Part shown: piece by piece, positions 1-9,158 of the stretch
Numbering within the stretch: position 1 is the first letter of the stretch
How the letters are laid out: each line of letters opens with the position of its first letter
DNA from: an uncultured Prevotella sp.
Lineage (GTDB): Bacteria > Bacteroidota > Bacteroidia > Bacteroidales > Bacteroidaceae
Reading direction: 5' to 3'
NCBI GenBank assembly: GCA_964487905.1
Contig: CAZASQ010000001.1
Location: 49,613-113,612 of the forward strand
DNA: 64,000 nt
Notes under the pieces: generated by a model
What the model saw: only the letters and a program-made list of their open reading frames with translations
Told to the model about the DNA's origin: nothing
Databases searched by the model: none
Program-made: the position numbers and the translations under genes

Positions 1-1115
1 TTCAATGCCGTACCGGCATGAAACACCACTGCATCCTCCACAGAATCAAGTCCCGCAATGGGATAGCCCTTGACATACTCTTGAGGATAACCACCGCTGA
101 CAAGCATTACGCAAACCACATTGCGCGGGTCGGACTCCACCTGACACTCATTCAAATTGCCCTGCGCGACGCCTTCCAGCAAGTCTACCAAGTCGCTTTT
201 AAGGCGCAGCATCACGCTCTCCGTTTCGGGGTCGCCCATTCGGCAATTATACTCAATGACCATAGGGTCGCCATTCACATTGGTCAAACCAAAGAATATG
301 AATCCTTTATAGTCTATGCCGTCTTCGCGCAATCCCTCTACCGTGGGACGAACAATGCGTTCCTCAACTTTCTGCATCCACTCTTTCGTGGCAAAAGGCA
401 CAGGAGAAACGCTACCCATACCACCTGTATTCAGACCCGTGTCATGCTCGCCGATACGCTTATAGTCCTTGGCTTCTGGCAAAATCTTATAATGAACACC
501 ATCTGTAAGCGCAAACACCGAGCACTCAATGCCATCCAAATACTGCTCAATGACGACTTTGGCCGAAGCATTGCCAAACATACCACCAAGCATATCGCGC
601 AGTTCCTTCTTGGCCTCATCAAGCGTTGGCACAATGAGCACGCCCTTGCCAGCCGCCAAACCATCCGCTTTCAGCACATAAGGGGGCTGCAGCGTCTCCA
701 AGAAACGAAGCCCATCGTCAAGCGTAGTGCCGTCAAAAGTTCTGTAAGCGGCTGTGGGGATGCCATGTCGCTGCATAAACTGCTTGGCAAAGTCTTTCGA
801 TCCTTCCAGCACTGCGCCTTGTTTTGATGGCCCAATGACCGGAATAGACTTTGTTCGGTCGTCTTCCTTGAATGCGTCATAGATACCACGCACAAGCGGA
901 TCTTCCGGACCAACCACAATCATGTCTACTTTGTGAGCCAACGCAAAATCTTTCAACCCATCAAAGTCATTCACGCCGATAGCCACATTTTCACCAACAA
1001 GTGCAGTACCAGCATTGCCCGGTGCAATATACAGTTTATCGCACTTGGCACTTTGCGCTATCTTCCACGCCAAAGCGTGCTCTCGCCCGCCACTACCTAA
1101 AAGTAAGATTCTCAT
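1..1115 (-). CDS. purD: Phosphoribosylamine--glycine ligase (GAR synthetase). The N-terminal ~371 aa are present and the gene runs off the left edge of the window.
   Basis: Not in the ORF track because it is truncated by the window edge. My translation of the reverse complement from the ATG at 1115 reads [22 protein letters not shown]...YIAPGNAG...[12 protein letters not shown]...[13 protein letters not shown]...NCRMGDPE. This is the canonical PurD ATP-grasp pattern. The + strand ORF 18..827 is its shadow. Confidence 0.9.
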   Translation of the reverse strand, partial: MRILLLGSGGREHALAWKIAQSAKCDKLYIAPGNAGTALVGENVAIGVNDFDGLKDFALAHKVDMIVVGPEDPLVRGIYDAFKEDDRTKSIPVIGPSKQGAVLEGSKDFAKQFMQRHGIPTAAYRTFDGTTLDDGLRFLETLQPPYVLKADGLAAGKGVLIVPTLDEAKKELRDMLGGMFGNASAKVVIEQYLDGIECSVFALTDGVHYKILPEAKDYKRIGEHDTGLNTGGMGSVSPVPFATKEWMQKVEERIVRPTVEGLREDGIDYKGFIFFGLTNVNGDPMVIEYNCRMGDPETESVMLRLKSDLVDLLEGVAQGNLNECQVESDPRNVVCVMLVSGGYPQEYVKGYPIAGLDSVEDAVVFHAGTAL

Positions 1116-1117
1116 AA

Positions 1118-1172
1118 CAAAAAAGATTAGCACCCACCACAACAAGTCTTGCCATGCGGTGGTGGGTGTTTT
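1118..1172. terminator. GC-rich hairpin with A/T runs on both sides. Likely a bidirectional intrinsic terminator downstream of the DPP-IV gene.
   Basis: A perfect 10-bp stem, cacccaccac (1131-1140) pairing with gtggtgggtg (1159-1168). It is flanked by aaaaaa (about 1119-1124) and tttt (1169-1172). Confidence 0.55.
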
Positions 1173-1183
1173 CTGTATATTGA

Positions 1184-3391
1184 TTATTTCAAATAGTCCT
1201 CAAAATATTGTGTAATGCGCTCATGCAGATGCACACTTTGGTGGCCTCGCATATTGTGCGGCTCGCCTGGATAGACGTAAAAGTCGGGCTGCGTACCAGC
1301 CGCGATACAGGCTTTGAGGAACGAATATGCGTGCTGGGGCACCACCGTGGGGTCGTTGAGTCCCGTAATAATCTGCAATTTCCCCTTCAAGTCCTTGGCT
1401 TTCTTGAGAAGTGAGGTCTGCGCATAGCCCTCTGGATTGGCTTGAGGAGTGTCCATATAACGCTCTCCATACATCACCTCATACCACTTCCAATCAATAA
1501 CCGGGCCTCCGGCCACACCTACCTTGAAGACATCGGGATAATTTGTCATCAAAGAAATGGTCATGAAACCGCCAAAAGACCATCCATGCACACCAATGCG
1601 ATCTTGATCAACATAAGGAAGCGACTTCAGATACTCAACACCTTTCATTTGGTCTTTCATCTCTTCCTGTCCAAGGTGACGGAACGTGGCCTGCTCAAAA
1701 TCCCTGCCACGGTTTTCGCTTCCCCGGTTGTCAAGGATGAAGAGCACATAACCTTTCTGCGCCATGTAAGTCTCCCACGAACGAGAGCTGTAATGCCAAC
1801 GCGCATCCACATTATGAGCATGAGGACCACCGTAGACATAAACTACCGTCGGGTATTTCTTTGACGCATCGAAATCAACAGGCTTCACCATACGCCAATA
1901 AAGGTCGGTTGTGCCATCGGCAGCCTTCAATGTTCCACAAGTGTATTCGGGCACTTTATAACCCTCCCATGGGTCTGCGGCCGTGAGCCAATTGACGCGC
2001 TTGCCGTTAGTTTCGATAATATCAATCTTGCGCGGCACATCCGGCTCGGAGTAATTGTCGCAGATGGCCACACCACTTTCGCTAAGCGACGGCCAATGCC
2101 ACCCCTTTCCATTATCAAGCAAAGTACGCTTGCCGTCCTTAACACTTACCATCCATGTGTTACGCTGAATCGGCGAGCACTCATTCGAGGCATAAACAAT
2201 GGCCTTACGCTTCAAATCGAAACCAAGCAACTCCATCACGACCCAGCTTCCTTGCGTGATTTGCTGTGGCTGACCTCCATTTACATCAAAGAGATAGAGG
2301 TGGTTGTAACCGTCTTTCTGACTTTGGAATATAAACTTCGAAGCATCCCAAGGAAGGAACTGTATGGGGTGCTGCGGCTCAACATACTTTTCGTGCTTCT
2401 CCTTATATAATACACACAGCTTATCGCCCGTTGTCGCATCATATTCCACAAGTTCCATGTTGTTTTGATCGCGGTTCAGTTCCTGCATATAGATGCGGTT
2501 GCCGTCTGGAGACCAAGCAACATTGGTGAAATAACGGTCGGTAGGATCGCCCGCCTTCAAATAAACGATACCACCCGTTGCAACATCATAAACGCCCAAA
2601 GTAACCTTGTGCGAAGTCTCACCCGCCATCGGATACTTGATTAAGTCGGCCTTAGCCGCACGCGACTGCCCCTCACCCGGTGTCCAGTCAAGTTCAGGAA
2701 CATCGATGAGCGGATAATCAATCACCATACTTTGATCCATACGGTAGAAAGCAAGGCGATTGCCTTGGGGATTCCAAAAAAGTCCGCCACGAATACCGAA
2801 CTCATCACGGTGAACGCTTTGCCCATAGACAATGCCATGCGAGCCGTCCTGCGTAAGCTGACGCGTATTGCCATCTGCCGTAGTCACATAAAGCTGATCA
2901 CCTTTGACATAAGCCGTTGCATTTGTTCCTGCATTCCACTCCAAGGCTTGCGTTCCTTGCACTCTGCTCCAACGCTTCACCACCTGACGCTTCTTGAAAT
3001 CAACCAAGATATTCTCACGGCCATTCACCACAAGCACCTGCGGCTTACCCGCATAAGGGAAGGTCGCTGAATAGAAATGGCGTATTTTCTCTTCCGATGC
3101 ACTCAGCCCCGCCCACGAATTAATGTCTTCAAGCGAGAACAAGCGCGTTTCCTTGCCATTACGCAAGTTCACTTCAGCGCAATACTCCACCTCAGTTCGC
3201 ACCAAGCGGTCGCCCCACCATGTAGTGTAACGATTCTCGGGAATCATGTTACGGTAGTTTGTCCCACCATAGTTGAGATCTTCAAGCGTAAATTGCTTTT
3301 GAGCCATTGTAGTTGTCGTGTTCAATGGGTTCAGCAAAGCACACCCTACAAGAGTTGCGCAAAGCATTGATCTTAAGGCTTTAATCTTCAT
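1184..3391 (-). CDS. Dipeptidyl-peptidase IV (S9B prolyl dipeptidyl peptidase), secreted
   Basis: 735 aa with an N-terminal signal peptide. The long N-terminal region is consistent with a beta-propeller. The C-terminal alpha/beta hydrolase has the GWSFGGF nucleophile elbow and a conserved Asp/His region (NDPTV...GEPHNM). Confidence 0.88.
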   Translation of the reverse strand: MKIKALRSMLCATLVGCALLNPLNTTTTMAQKQFTLEDLNYGGTNYRNMIPENRYTTWWGDRLVRTEVEYCAEVNLRNGKETRLFSLEDINSWAGLSASEEKIRHFYSATFPYAGKPQVLVVNGRENILVDFKKRQVVKRWSRVQGTQALEWNAGTNATAYVKGDQLYVTTADGNTRQLTQDGSHGIVYGQSVHRDEFGIRGGLFWNPQGNRLAFYRMDQSMVIDYPLIDVPELDWTPGEGQSRAAKADLIKYPMAGETSHKVTLGVYDVATGGIVYLKAGDPTDRYFTNVAWSPDGNRIYMQELNRDQNNMELVEYDATTGDKLCVLYKEKHEKYVEPQHPIQFLPWDASKFIFQSQKDGYNHLYLFDVNGGQPQQITQGSWVVMELLGFDLKRKAIVYASNECSPIQRNTWMVSVKDGKRTLLDNGKGWHWPSLSESGVAICDNYSEPDVPRKIDIIETNGKRVNWLTAADPWEGYKVPEYTCGTLKAADGTTDLYWRMVKPVDFDASKKYPTVVYVYGGPHAHNVDARWHYSSRSWETYMAQKGYVLFILDNRGSENRGRDFEQATFRHLGQEEMKDQMKGVEYLKSLPYVDQDRIGVHGWSFGGFMTISLMTNYPDVFKVGVAGGPVIDWKWYEVMYGERYMDTPQANPEGYAQTSLLKKAKDLKGKLQIITGLNDPTVVPQHAYSFLKACIAAGTQPDFYVYPGEPHNMRGHQSVHLHERITQYFEDYLK

Positions 3392-4922
3392 AGTCTATCA
3401 AATCATTTCTGTTAGGTTTCTTTTTAAAAGGACTCTCGCCGCGCTTGATGTCCCGCTTGGCGCGATCGCCGCGGTCAGCCCACCGCTTTCCAGGAGCTTT
3501 GCGAGCCGGACGCTTGTCGGCAAAATCCTTTCCAAACGGCTTACGCCCCCGCGCTTCTTTACTTTCTCCACGCTCACTACGGCGGAAAGGCTTCCGCTCC
3601 GAGCGCGAGAAGTGGTGCTCATCGTGTTCAAACTTGTGGAACGTAAAGCTACGAATGTCGCCATCCTCGTTCTCGCTCCTTGCATCCAGCAACTGCTTGA
3701 ACTCACGATTCTTCTTGAAACGGTGCTTTTGCGCCATCTCTGCCTTTTCCTCTTCGGTTTTCACCACTCCGCCCTCATGACGGAAGTCACTCATCTTTCC
3801 ATCGAAGAGCTGATAACGGCGGAACTCACACTCCAAAGAGCCATTATAGAGCGGAATCTTGATGCTGGGCTTGAGACCTATCTGACGGAAGCACTCCTCA
3901 CGGTAGGACAGCACCCACGCCTCATTACCCATGAATTCGTGCTTCAGACGCTCGCCTATCATTTTATAGGTAGCCAGCAGGTTGGGCGTGGAGATACGCT
4001 CACCATAAGGGGGATTCATGATAATAACGCTTTTCTCCTGCGGACGTGTGAAATCCTTGAAATCGCGGCAATCCAGCGTTATATCCTTGGTAAGCCCCGC
4101 AGCCTTGACATTGATACGCACCGTATTGACGGCTTTCATATCCGTGTCGTATCCATAAATATGATGTTCGAACGGACGCTCGCGGCTGTCGTCATTGTAA
4201 ATCATATCGAACAGCTCCGCATCGAAATCGGGCCACTTCTCAAAAGCAAACCCCTTGCGGAACACACCCGGAGAGATGTTGCGGGCAATGAGAGCCGCCT
4301 CGATGGGAATTGTTCCCGAGCCACACATGGGATCAATAAGATCGGTCTCGCCCTTCCAACCTGACATCAGAATCATACCTGCGGCAAGCACTTCATTGAG
4401 GGGAGCCTCAACGCTCTCCTGCCTATACCCGCGCCGATGCAACGACTCTCCACTACTGTCCAAAGACAAAGTTGCATCGTCCTCGGCCACATGAATGTTG
4501 AGCCGGATATCCGGATTGGTCACGGAGATGTTAGGACGCTTGCCCGTTTTCTCGCGGAACTGATCCACGATGGCATCCTTCACCTTGTAAGTGACGAAAC
4601 GCGAATTGCGGAATTCATTGGAATAGACCACGGAGTCAACGGAAAAGGTTTTCCCCTCGCCGATATACTCGCTCCAATCTATCTTGCGCACTTCATCGTA
4701 CATATCTTCGGCCGACTGCGCCTTGAAATGAGCGATAGGCTTGAGGATGCGGATGGCCGTGTGCAACTGAAAATTTGCGCGATACATCATTTCTTTATCG
4801 CCGGTAAACGACACCATACGCCGTCCCGTCTGCACATTGTTGGCTCCTAACTCTGTGAGCTCTTGCGCCAAGACCTGCTCCAGTCCCATGAACGTCTTGG
4901 CTATGAGTTCAAATTCTTTCAT
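3381..4922 (-). CDS. THUMP-domain class I SAM-dependent RNA methyltransferase (COG0116 / RlmL-like) with a ~137-aa basic C-terminal extension
   Basis: The N-terminal ferredoxin-like/THUMP region is followed by a Rossmann methyltransferase with DPMCGSGTI and NPPYGER motifs. The tail is rich in R, K and E (SERKPFRRSERGESKEARGRKPFGKDF...). The gene overlaps the DPP-IV start by 11 nt. Confidence 0.85.
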   Translation of the reverse strand: MKEFELIAKTFMGLEQVLAQELTELGANNVQTGRRMVSFTGDKEMMYRANFQLHTAIRILKPIAHFKAQSAEDMYDEVRKIDWSEYIGEGKTFSVDSVVYSNEFRNSRFVTYKVKDAIVDQFREKTGKRPNISVTNPDIRLNIHVAEDDATLSLDSSGESLHRRGYRQESVEAPLNEVLAAGMILMSGWKGETDLIDPMCGSGTIPIEAALIARNISPGVFRKGFAFEKWPDFDAELFDMIYNDDSRERPFEHHIYGYDTDMKAVNTVRINVKAAGLTKDITLDCRDFKDFTRPQEKSVIIMNPPYGERISTPNLLATYKMIGERLKHEFMGNEAWVLSYREECFRQIGLKPSIKIPLYNGSLECEFRRYQLFDGKMSDFRHEGGVVKTEEEKAEMAQKHRFKKNREFKQLLDARSENEDGDIRSFTFHKFEHDEHHFSRSERKPFRRSERGESKEARGRKPFGKDFADKRPARKAPGKRWADRGDRAKRDIKRGESPFKKKPNRNDLIDYED

Positions 4923-5311
4923 TATGACTTTAAAAATTATCTACCGTGCCCCCACCCGCAGAGCCTGTTCCTCAGACATGACAACGCTTTCGCACTGACG
5001 ACTCAGCACCACAAAACGCATGACTTTTCGGCCACTCTTTGATGACGCACATTAAAAAACAAGGGCAAAATTACGAAGAAAATATGGTTATGCCAAATTT
5101 TTCATTCTTTGTTCCATCATAAGACGGCATTTTATCTTCTTGACAAGCAATCCCATACCCTCTTTCCCACCCAACATCCACACCGCGAACACACAATGCC
5201 GCACGTCTCGCCACACATACCCTACCCGCACGCCCATCCCCCCTTCCACCTCTTCCAAACAGGCTTCTCAGCCCTCCTCCATCCCCACCCATACACATCG
5301 CGCCAGCATTA

Positions 5312-5394
5312 CCATACCTTTTACGCGGCAAAAGCTTACCTTTTGTTCTGCAAAACGTTACCTTTCGCATTCCAAAACCTTACCTATTGCACAC
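5312..5394. repeat. Copy 1 of the dispersed 22-bp-periodic intergenic repeat (4 units)
   Basis: The units are ccatacctttt, caaaagcttacctttt, caaaacgttacctttc and caaaaccttacctatt. The CAAAA starts fall at 5329, 5351 and 5373, spaced exactly 22 bp apart. Confidence 0.8.
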
Positions 5395-5562
5395 GACACG
5401 CACGAAAGCCAAAAACCACACTATATTTAGTGCCACATTTCCCGCACACGAACGCCCAACAGCCCTCATCGAAACTCTACCCCTACTAAGCTATTTCCAG
5501 CGTAATTTATAGGCTTTTTTCAAAAAAACAAGCGATAATTTTGCTAATTAGAAAATTCTCGC

Positions 5563-5570
5563 TACCTTTG
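5563..5570 (+). promoter_or_regulatory. Bacteroidota -7 promoter box (TAnnTTTG)
   Basis: TACCTTTG lies 22 nt upstream of the ATG at 5592. A TTTG sits about 20 nt further upstream (ataattttgc). Confidence 0.55.
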
Positions 5571-5591
5571 TCGAAAAAGGGGAACTATCGC

Positions 5592-6266
5592 ATGATTACA
5601 CAAGATAACTTCAACCAAGAATACTCCGACCCAATCGAAGAACATCAAATCAGACACTTCGTTTGCAAGGAAATGGAGCGGCAAATACACCGCTACATCA
5701 AGGCCATGCATGGCAGCAAAAGCCATATGATTCGCTTCGAAAACCACCTGAAAGACTTTACGCTGGAACAAAAGGAGCAAGCCATTGCACGCTACTTCGA
5801 CTTGAACCGCAAAGCACTGAAAGGCTTGGACTTGAAAATCATCCTTGCAAGAGCCATGGCCAACTATTCCGACACGTTTGCCTACTTGGAAGCACTTGTG
5901 GCTGACAAGAAAAAGATGTCCCGTTATCTGGAAATGATTCGGGAAATATACCTCCAGACACATGAAGTTGTTGAGAAAGATGGGAAATTCGGAATAATCG
6001 ACCACCACGGCCACACTGTCGTCAGCCCACAATACGACTTCCTACGCACTTGCTATGTCTACGTTGACGACCTCATAACCATTCCCGTCATTGCACAAAA
6101 GGGAAGCAAACTCGGACTGCTGTCCCCCGATGGGCGCGACACCATCGTAGCCCCTTTCAAGTATGACGACATCTCTTTACGCGATGAGCCGCCTTACTTT
6201 GAGGCACGCATCGGTGAGCAAACCATCTTGCTTGACACTAACGGGCAAGAGATTCCCACCGCATGA
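5592..6266 (+). CDS. Hypothetical cytoplasmic protein with C-terminal WG-type beta repeats
   Basis: The track ORF 5541..6266 starts at a TTG. I prefer the ATG at 5592, which lies downstream of the -7 box. The C-terminus carries KDGKFGIIDHHGHTVVSPQYDF and GSKLGLLSPDGRDTIVAPFKYDD repeats, resembling the WG-containing repeat family. Confidence 0.6.
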   Translation: MITQDNFNQEYSDPIEEHQIRHFVCKEMERQIHRYIKAMHGSKSHMIRFENHLKDFTLEQKEQAIARYFDLNRKALKGLDLKIILARAMANYSDTFAYLEALVADKKKMSRYLEMIREIYLQTHEVVEKDGKFGIIDHHGHTVVSPQYDFLRTCYVYVDDLITIPVIAQKGSKLGLLSPDGRDTIVAPFKYDDISLRDEPPYFEARIGEQTILLDTNGQEIPTA

Positions 6267-6345
6267 CAACTCGCCAAAAGGAAGAAAAAAACAGGACGAA
6301 AAGAAAAAAGCGGGCGTAAAGTTTGGCATTGTGAAAAAAACACGC

Positions 6346-6353
6346 TAACTTTG
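6346..6353 (+). promoter_or_regulatory. -7 promoter box (TAACTTTG) upstream of tRNA-Pro
   Basis: An exact TAnnTTTG match 36 nt upstream of the tRNA 5' end. Confidence 0.5.
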
Positions 6354-6388
6354 CACCCGCATTTCGAGAAAGAAACGCACCAAACGTT

Positions 6389-6462
6389 CGGGGTGTAGCG
6401 CAGCCCGGTAGCGCTCCTGGTTTGGGACCAGGTGGTCGCAGGTTCGAATCCTGTCGCCCCGA
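6389..6462 (+). tRNA. tRNA-Pro (anticodon TGG)
   Basis: I folded a 74-nt cloverleaf by hand. The acceptor is cggggtg/cgccccg, the D arm gcgc-agcccggta-gcgc, and the anticodon arm cctgg-ttTGGga-ccagg. The T arm contains GTTCGAATC. No CCA is encoded. Confidence 0.93.
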
Positions 6463-6476
6463 CAAAAAAATGAAGT

Positions 6477-6505
6477 CAGGTTGTTTTTTACAATCTGGCT
6501 TTTTT
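6477..6505 (+). terminator. Intrinsic terminator after tRNA-Pro
   Basis: Stem cagguugu/acaaucug (8 bp including one G-U pair), loop ttttt, then gcTTTTTT. Confidence 0.6.
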
Positions 6506-6535
6506 ACTAATTGGACTTTTTAATTTTTTATTACA

Positions 6536-6892
6536 ATGACTACTCTAAGCGAGCTTCTACTCGCCACAACGCTTGGGCAACTAACGGAGACTCTCCGCGC
6601 CATATACCCCAACGACCCTAACAGCGAGGACGAATACCGAATGCTCTACAAAGCATTCCGACAAGCCAAACCCTCTTTCGACCAATACGACAAAAAGATA
6701 TACGTCACCCGTCTTTCCAGCGGAGCACTGGCCGCTGGAAACTTATTCGCAGGCAGCATCAGCGACTTGGTGGGCAACCGAGTGGACAACCGCGCCAATG
6801 CGGACGATGCCACCCTCCTGGCTGTCATACTCCATGACCACATCGTTGGGCACGACAATGGCACAAGCGACTTCAAGCATGCCAACGACTAA
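6536..6892 (+). CDS. Hypothetical protein (118 aa)
   Basis: An intact ORF with an ordinary composition. Its last 14 nt overlap the ATG of the next gene, suggesting translational coupling. I recognise no family. Confidence 0.45.
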   Translation: MTTLSELLLATTLGQLTETLRAIYPNDPNSEDEYRMLYKAFRQAKPSFDQYDKKIYVTRLSSGALAAGNLFAGSISDLVGNRVDNRANADDATLLAVILHDHIVGHDNGTSDFKHAND

Positions 6893-8222
6893 ATTGCTGC
6901 GCAGCTTTTTCCTCCTATTTTTCCTCCTAACCGCAAGTCTGAACGGACAAGCCCACCCAAAAACGGACACCACCTCCACCAAGCCACAGCATGATGGCCA
7001 TGCGCTGTCCGTGGAAGCAGGCTTTGTTCCCAGCCATGTACTTGCGTTGGACAAATATGTGCGCAAATGGCTGAAAAGGAAAAACAGCACTGCTTTTTAT
7101 CTGCAACTAAACCGCTCGGCTATTCCGGGGAGCGGCAACAACTTCGACTCCGATTACAACTATCCTTCATTGTCGGCAGGCATAAGGCTTAGCCTCAACC
7201 ACGGAGTGACCATGCGGCGCGATGCCGACCAGAATTGGGGAGGACACCTTACACCTGTTGACTACACCAGTCGACTTGGAAACGCCATCACCGCCTATGG
7301 CTTGTTCTCCCGCCCAATCGTGCGCACAAAGCGATGGGAAGCAGGATACCAGCTTGGCATGGGCGCGGGATACTTCAACAAAAAATACAATCAGACGGAC
7401 GACATAGACAACGAACTGATAGGAAGCCACCTCAACATCTATTTCACGGCCGGCATTTACTGTCAATACCAAATAACGCAACAATGGGCGGCCAAAGCAG
7501 GAGTAGACTTCGCCCACCACAGCAACGGCGCGCTCCACAGACCCAACAAAGGCGCCAACTATCTGGGGCCTTTTGCCGCATTGGTATTCCGCCCCTACCA
7601 GCCTCATGAGCCAAAAGCGCATAAGCCCAATGCACACACGCCTTTCAAACAATACTGGATAACAGAATTTGCATTAGGATTCGGTGGCAAAACCCTGTTG
7701 GAAGATTGGCAGCGCACCCAATTCCGCACGCCACCCGACTGCCCTGACTACCGCACAAGCCGTTTTCCCGTGTACGGGGCGTTTTCCCTGCAAGCAAGTC
7801 TCCTTTACAGATACGCCCGCCGATGGGCTTCAGGTATCGGATTAGATGTTTTCTACGGCGACTACGCACAAAAAGTAGCTCGGCTGGACAAAGCCGTAGG
7901 CTACACAGATGAGCCGCATAGCCCTTGGTCGGTGGGAATAGCATTAAAGCATGAAGTGTTTTACGGGAATCTGTCGGCACGAATGGGAATTGGATGGTAT
8001 CTTTACAGGCACATGGGCGTGGAAGCAAAAGACATCGAAAGGAAATACTACGAGCGCATCGGCCTCTTCTACACCCCACCATGCCTTGGGGGACTGTCTG
8101 TGGGACTGAGCGTTAACGCCCACGCCACCAAAGCAGACTTCACAGAATTGGTCATTTCCATGCCCATAAAATTAGGTCGCCACGCCTCCCCCACCACGCT
8201 GGCAACAGCTGAAAAGCCGTAG
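6879..8222 (+). CDS. Acyloxyacyl hydrolase / lipid A deacylase (PagL-like) outer-membrane protein
   Basis: I chose the ATG at 6879, which gives a signal peptide (MPTTKLLRSFFLLFFLLTASLNGQA). The sequence is rich in aromatic/Gly beta-strand patterns. The HHSNG motif (DFAHHSNGAL) matches the PagL His-x-Ser-Asn active-site signature. Confidence 0.6.
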   Translation: MPTTKLLRSFFLLFFLLTASLNGQAHPKTDTTSTKPQHDGHALSVEAGFVPSHVLALDKYVRKWLKRKNSTAFYLQLNRSAIPGSGNNFDSDYNYPSLSAGIRLSLNHGVTMRRDADQNWGGHLTPVDYTSRLGNAITAYGLFSRPIVRTKRWEAGYQLGMGAGYFNKKYNQTDDIDNELIGSHLNIYFTAGIYCQYQITQQWAAKAGVDFAHHSNGALHRPNKGANYLGPFAALVFRPYQPHEPKAHKPNAHTPFKQYWITEFALGFGGKTLLEDWQRTQFRTPPDCPDYRTSRFPVYGAFSLQASLLYRYARRWASGIGLDVFYGDYAQKVARLDKAVGYTDEPHSPWSVGIALKHEVFYGNLSARMGIGWYLYRHMGVEAKDIERKYYERIGLFYTPPCLGGLSVGLSVNAHATKADFTELVISMPIKLGRHASPTTLATAEKP

Positions 8223-8551
8223 CCGTTCCGCTTGCCTTCCACCCTGCGCATCAACAAGCAATTGAAGCCCTGCATGCGCCGCAAGGCATCAGAAAGTCTA
8301 CAGTTAAGAGAACTTTGCCTCCGAGGCTCCCCCTCCGCCAAAGGTGACAAAGCTATCCTTGATTTATGCCCCAATAACTTAACGCACCGAGGGCTTTCCT
8401 TCAAGACAACTACCAAGGAGACGCCCTAAAATGAAGTCTGCGACCTTACCAGACTGGTTGAGCCATACGAATTCCAAATGCGCAAGAAGCAAAAGAATAT
8501 TAAATTTGTAATTTTTCCAATTCCTAATTTGGAGATATTACAACTTATACT

Positions 8552-8559
8552 TAATTTTG
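8552..8559 (+). promoter_or_regulatory. -7 promoter box (TAATTTTG) for the Fur-family gene
   Basis: An exact TAnnTTTG match 29 nt upstream of the ATG at 8588. Confidence 0.5.
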
Positions 8560-8587
8560 CAGCCAAAAGAGCTTTACGCGAAAACAA

Positions 8588-9067
8588 ATGATGGAAAAAG
8601 CATACGAGAGATTGAAGCAATGTGGAATAAAGCCGTCCAAACAGCGGGTGGCCATAATGGAGTATCTCCTCACCCACCCCACGCATCCAACGGTGGAGGA
8701 GATCTTCAATAACCTGCTCCCGCAAATAAAGACGCTTTCGCGCACAACGGTCTATAACACACTACGCTTTTTCTCCGAATGCCACGCAGCACAAATGCTG
8801 ACCATCGATGACCATCGCGTTTGCTATGATGGCAACATAACTCCACACGTGCACTTCTTCTGCAAAGAATGCGGAAAGGTGTACGACTTTATGGACGAGC
8901 CGGCTCCAAGCGCATGGCATAAAGGTACACCCAAAGGATTCACCATTCAAGACACCCAACTCTATTACCGCGGTGTCTGCGCAGCGTGCAATGTAAAAAA
9001 GACCGTCTTAACCCCTCATTTAAGAACAATGGAAAAAGACATCATGCCTGAAGCCATGGCTTGCTGA
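8588..9067 (+). CDS. Fur-family transcriptional regulator (PerR-like)
   Basis: 159 aa with a winged-helix N-terminus (KPSKQRVAIMEYL...HPTVEEIF...ISRTTVYNTL). The metal-site motifs are HVHFFCKECG and a C-terminal CAAC. Confidence 0.85.
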   Translation: MMEKAYERLKQCGIKPSKQRVAIMEYLLTHPTHPTVEEIFNNLLPQIKTLSRTTVYNTLRFFSECHAAQMLTIDDHRVCYDGNITPHVHFFCKECGKVYDFMDEPAPSAWHKGTPKGFTIQDTQLYYRGVCAACNVKKTVLTPHLRTMEKDIMPEAMAC

Positions 9068-9108
9068 GGCAAACATTATTCAAAGATTCAAAAACAAGAA
9101 CGATCTTT

Positions 9109-9123
9109 CATTCAATCTGAATG
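9109..9123. promoter_or_regulatory. 6-3-6 palindrome, a candidate operator upstream of the rubrerythrin gene
   Basis: CATTCAatcTGAATG has perfect arms. It lies 36 nt upstream of the ATG at 9159 and directly downstream of the Fur/PerR gene. Confidence 0.25.
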
Positions 9124-9158
9124 GGAGTATATTATTTACTAACAAAAACTCAAACATT

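Noticed and set aside
18-919. ORFs 18..827 (+), 431..664 (-) and 671..919 (-) in the first kilobase
   Set aside because: They are shadow or out-of-frame ORFs of purD. The minus-strand frame starting at 1115 gives an unmistakable GAR synthetase sequence across the whole region, while these translations are low-information.
5071-5489. ORFs 5071..5370 (-), 5109..5489 (+) and 5140..5430 (+) in the C-rich intergenic region
   Set aside because: The translations are low-complexity (G/R-rich, or P/H/T-rich). They overlap one another in several frames, have no start context, and cross the 22-bp repeat array. I treat the region as non-coding DNA.
6238-6465. Minus-strand ORF overlapping tRNA-Pro
   Set aside because: It is antisense to a well-folding tRNA, and the peptide (…SNLRPPGPKPGALPGCATP…) is the typical artefact of translating a tRNA gene.
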